From: Sphingobacteriia bacterium
GTDB taxonomy: Bacteria; Bacteroidota; Bacteroidia; Bacteroidales; UBA7960
Reading direction: 5' to 3'
Length of the DNA: 64,000 bases
Assembly (NCBI GenBank): GCA_011390785.1
Contig: JAABRR010000001.1
Coordinates: forward strand, 58,742-122,741
Positions 61,762-64,000 of this stretch are shown here, piece by piece. The position numbers were made by a program, and so were the translations under genes. The first letter of the stretch is position 1, and each line of letters opens with the position of its first letter. Below the pieces are notes generated by a model. It was not told where the DNA came from, did not search any database, and was given only the letters and a program-made list of their open reading frames with translations.

Positions 61762-62946
61762 ATGAACTATTTTCGTCAACTTCTTACCGTAACCCTTTGG
61801 GAATACAAGCGTTTCTACAAAATAAAAAATGAGTTGCTGGGCATAGCTGTGCTTTTAGGTATGGGTGTAATAGGCTATTATGGCGGCTCGCTGGCAGTTG
61901 GGGCGATCGCAGAAAAAGGGGATATTACCATAGCCATGGACCAACCTGAAAAGCTGGAGGAAATTCTTGCTGATGGATATGTCGTAACCAAAGTGCCAGT
62001 TACCGACATTGATGCTGAAATAGAGAAAATCAACACCCGGCAGGAAGGGACTCTTCTGTGGAAAGAAGATGAAACCTTTGTACTACATGCATGGAAAGAG
62101 CCCGCACGCATGAATAAGCTTCGTGAGTACCTGGGTAAGTATCACCAGCACTTAACCATGGAAAGAAAAGATTTGTCGCAGTCTGACATGGATGAGCTTA
62201 TGGGTGACGCTCCACTTAAAACACGCTATGAATACGTGCATCGCCAGGAAAAAACAAGGTTGGTTGCTTTTTTCTTTGCAGGGATAATGGTGATGACCGT
62301 TTTTATTAGTTTTGCCTATCAGTTTACCGCCATTACCGGCGAGAAACAACTACGCATTACAGAACAAATCGTATCTGCCATTAAGCCACAAGTGTGGATG
62401 GATGGAAAAATACTGGGAATTACCCTCACCAGTCTTTCATCCATGATATCCTATTTCCTTTTGAGTATTATCGGTGGAATCGTACTTTTTATATTTACTG
62501 ATCGCCCGGTTTCATCGATCGGCGATTATCTTTACCCCGGGGCCATGGTCCTTTATTTTCTTTTCACCTTTGCAGGAATATTGCTGTGGAATTCGATGCT
62601 TGCCGCGGTGGCATCTATTATTACCGATCCCAACAATTCTGGTAAAGGGGGCCTTATGATGCTCCCATCTTTGTTTGTGTTGGGCTCCCTGTTGGTATTG
62701 CTGAACCCAGATAACGGAACATCAGTATTTCTTTCGTGGTTTCCGCTTACTTCGGCCACGGCTATGCCCATGCGTTGGCTCTCTACCCCAGTGGCGTGGT
62801 GGGAGGTAGCCGGATCATTTGCATTGCTGGCTATTACCCTCTATTTTACTAGAAAACTGGCAGCAAAAATCTTTAGGGTTTCCATTCTGATTAGTGGAAA
62901 AGAACCGGGTTGGGGTGAAGTGATAAAACTGGTAAGGAACTCATGA
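61762..62946 (+). CDS. ABC-2 permease (YhaP-like)
   Basis: ITGEKQLRITEQIVSA, GKILG, LSWFPLTS..AMP.R. Confidence 0.88.
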   Translation: MNYFRQLLTVTLWEYKRFYKIKNELLGIAVLLGMGVIGYYGGSLAVGAIAEKGDITIAMDQPEKLEEILADGYVVTKVPVTDIDAEIEKINTRQEGTLLWKEDETFVLHAWKEPARMNKLREYLGKYHQHLTMERKDLSQSDMDELMGDAPLKTRYEYVHRQEKTRLVAFFFAGIMVMTVFISFAYQFTAITGEKQLRITEQIVSAIKPQVWMDGKILGITLTSLSSMISYFLLSIIGGIVLFIFTDRPVSSIGDYLYPGAMVLYFLFTFAGILLWNSMLAAVASIITDPNNSGKGGLMMLPSLFVLGSLLVLLNPDNGTSVFLSWFPLTSATAMPMRWLSTPVAWWEVAGSFALLAITLYFTRKLAAKIFRVSILISGKEPGWGEVIKLVRNS

Positions 62947-62992
62947 GTTTACTTCTCAACAGCCCTTACATAAGAAAATAAATCCCGATTTC

Positions 62993-63484
62993 TTAAACCC
63001 ATTTCAGATCTTCCTTTCGACGGGGAGCTTCAATCTGCTGGAAAACAAACATTTCAAAATCATATAAAAAAGGCTCTTTGGTTTTTGCGAGCAGATCATC
63101 CAGAGAATAAGCCGCAGAAAGTTGTGGTATGGCCCTTAGTTTCGATATTATTGGGCTAGAATCGAAGCGGTTGTCGTCAAGTTTTACCAACAACAAATAA
63201 TCTAAACCTGGTGGGGAAAGAAAGATGGAGCTACCCATACCTGATCGATTACTAACAAGGTAATATTCGCGACGACAAGAATCATCGTAGTAAAAAAAAA
63301 CAGAGAAAAAACTGTGCTCAGTATTTTTGGCGGGCAAATACTCAAAGTCAGATGTTCGCCTTAAGTTAAAGAGCAACTGCCGGTTGAGAAGCCAGCTAAG
63401 ACGGTAGTCCCTTTCGCTACAAAACAAGCCTACGATTCGAAAATCGGTTTCAAACTGAAGTTTTAAGATTGTTTTTTTTGCCAT
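62993..63484 (-). CDS. IPExxxVDY-family protein
   Basis: DYRLSWLLN..L, YYLVSNR, PPGLDYLL. Confidence 0.75.
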   Translation of the reverse strand: MAKKTILKLQFETDFRIVGLFCSERDYRLSWLLNRQLLFNLRRTSDFEYLPAKNTEHSFFSVFFYYDDSCRREYYLVSNRSGMGSSIFLSPPGLDYLLLVKLDDNRFDSSPIISKLRAIPQLSAAYSLDDLLAKTKEPFLYDFEMFVFQQIEAPRRKEDLKWV

Positions 63485-63593
63485 GAAAAGTACACCCGTT
63501 TAATCCTGCAAATTTAAGGAATGAAATGCACTCGGTCATTATAAATATTATTGTCTGGAATAAAAAAACAGGTTATCACTGAAACCCACGTTT

Positions 63594-63821
63594 ATTTGCC
63601 ATAAACGTCAACCTTATGACACGATTGGCGAATTAGCAGCCACCCTGCGAAAATACGAAACCTGAGAAAAATCCGTGCTCAAATTTGCCGCCATAGAACT
63701 TGTGTATGGGAGTGTCGGGTTTTCTGCCTTCCAACTAAAAAGCGGGATGAGTTCAAATATGCTTTTGGCTTCGAAAAACCCACAAAAAGCACCATTCACT
63801 GAGCAAGGGTTATCGCTAAAT
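63594..63821 (-). repeat. Degenerate attC-like inverted-repeat element
   Basis: Minus strand begins ATTTAGCGATAAC and ends GTTTATGGCAAAT (imperfectly complementary); internal GGGTTTT/AAAACCC arms. Confidence 0.3.
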
Positions 63822-64000
63822 GGCGAGATAAACTCCGCTAAACTGTTTTGAAGTCGTGCTACTCTTTACCTGGGACAGCTATCAATGAACGTAATAGATG
63901 GTGGTAAAAACAATAAATGTAATCCAGCTTATTGCACTTAAAATGAATATTTGAACCATCAAAACCCTGAAATAGAGAAAAATCAATAACCACAGTGAAT

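Noticed and set aside
63614-63799. 61-aa minus-strand ORF
   Set aside because: No recognisable motif; it lies inside the inverted-repeat element.
1-64000. CRISPR arrays, tRNA and rRNA genes
   Set aside because: I saw no regularly spaced repeats or tRNA/rRNA signatures by eye; a tool scan would be needed to exclude them fully.

Overview
This 64 kb window is AT-rich chromosome from a Bacteroidota organism, most likely an environmental Bacteroidales. Support: TAnnTTTG -7 promoters, type IX secretion (T9SS) C-terminal domains, an S46 peptidase and an IPExxxVDY-family gene. Most of it is housekeeping or envelope genes (Maf, surE, DPP7-like peptidase, manC, mlaEF, gpmI, Tex, der, PPi-type PFK, sufE/sufT, two ECF sigma/anti-sigma loci, several ABC exporters). 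Main points of interest: (1) A ~3.2 kb integrase-less insertion at the 3' end of hslR (Hsp15), bounded by a 183-bp direct repeat whose 10 differences are synonymous or conservative. (2) Its two-gene cargo: a tiny protein that is almost only signal peptide plus T9SS CTD, and a large FISUMP/C-type-lectin-like protein with no CTD. Each has a lone Cys in the candidate interaction region, suggesting a split 'adaptor + cargo' secretion module; the cargo's 3' end looks like a DGR variable region. (3) A divergent carotenoid glycoside-ester cluster (cruF/cruD/cruC-like, crtI-crtB-crtD) with no cyclase in the window. (4) A 55-aa CxC lipoprotein gene missed by the ORF track. (5) A candidate ECF-driven sRNA and a shared ECF promoter motif. 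(6) An MFS sugar transporter with an inserted TM2-like module. (7) Several small repeat or MITE-like elements. I saw no rRNA, tRNA, CRISPR array, integrase or reverse transcriptase. All family calls come from motif recognition by eye, not database searches.
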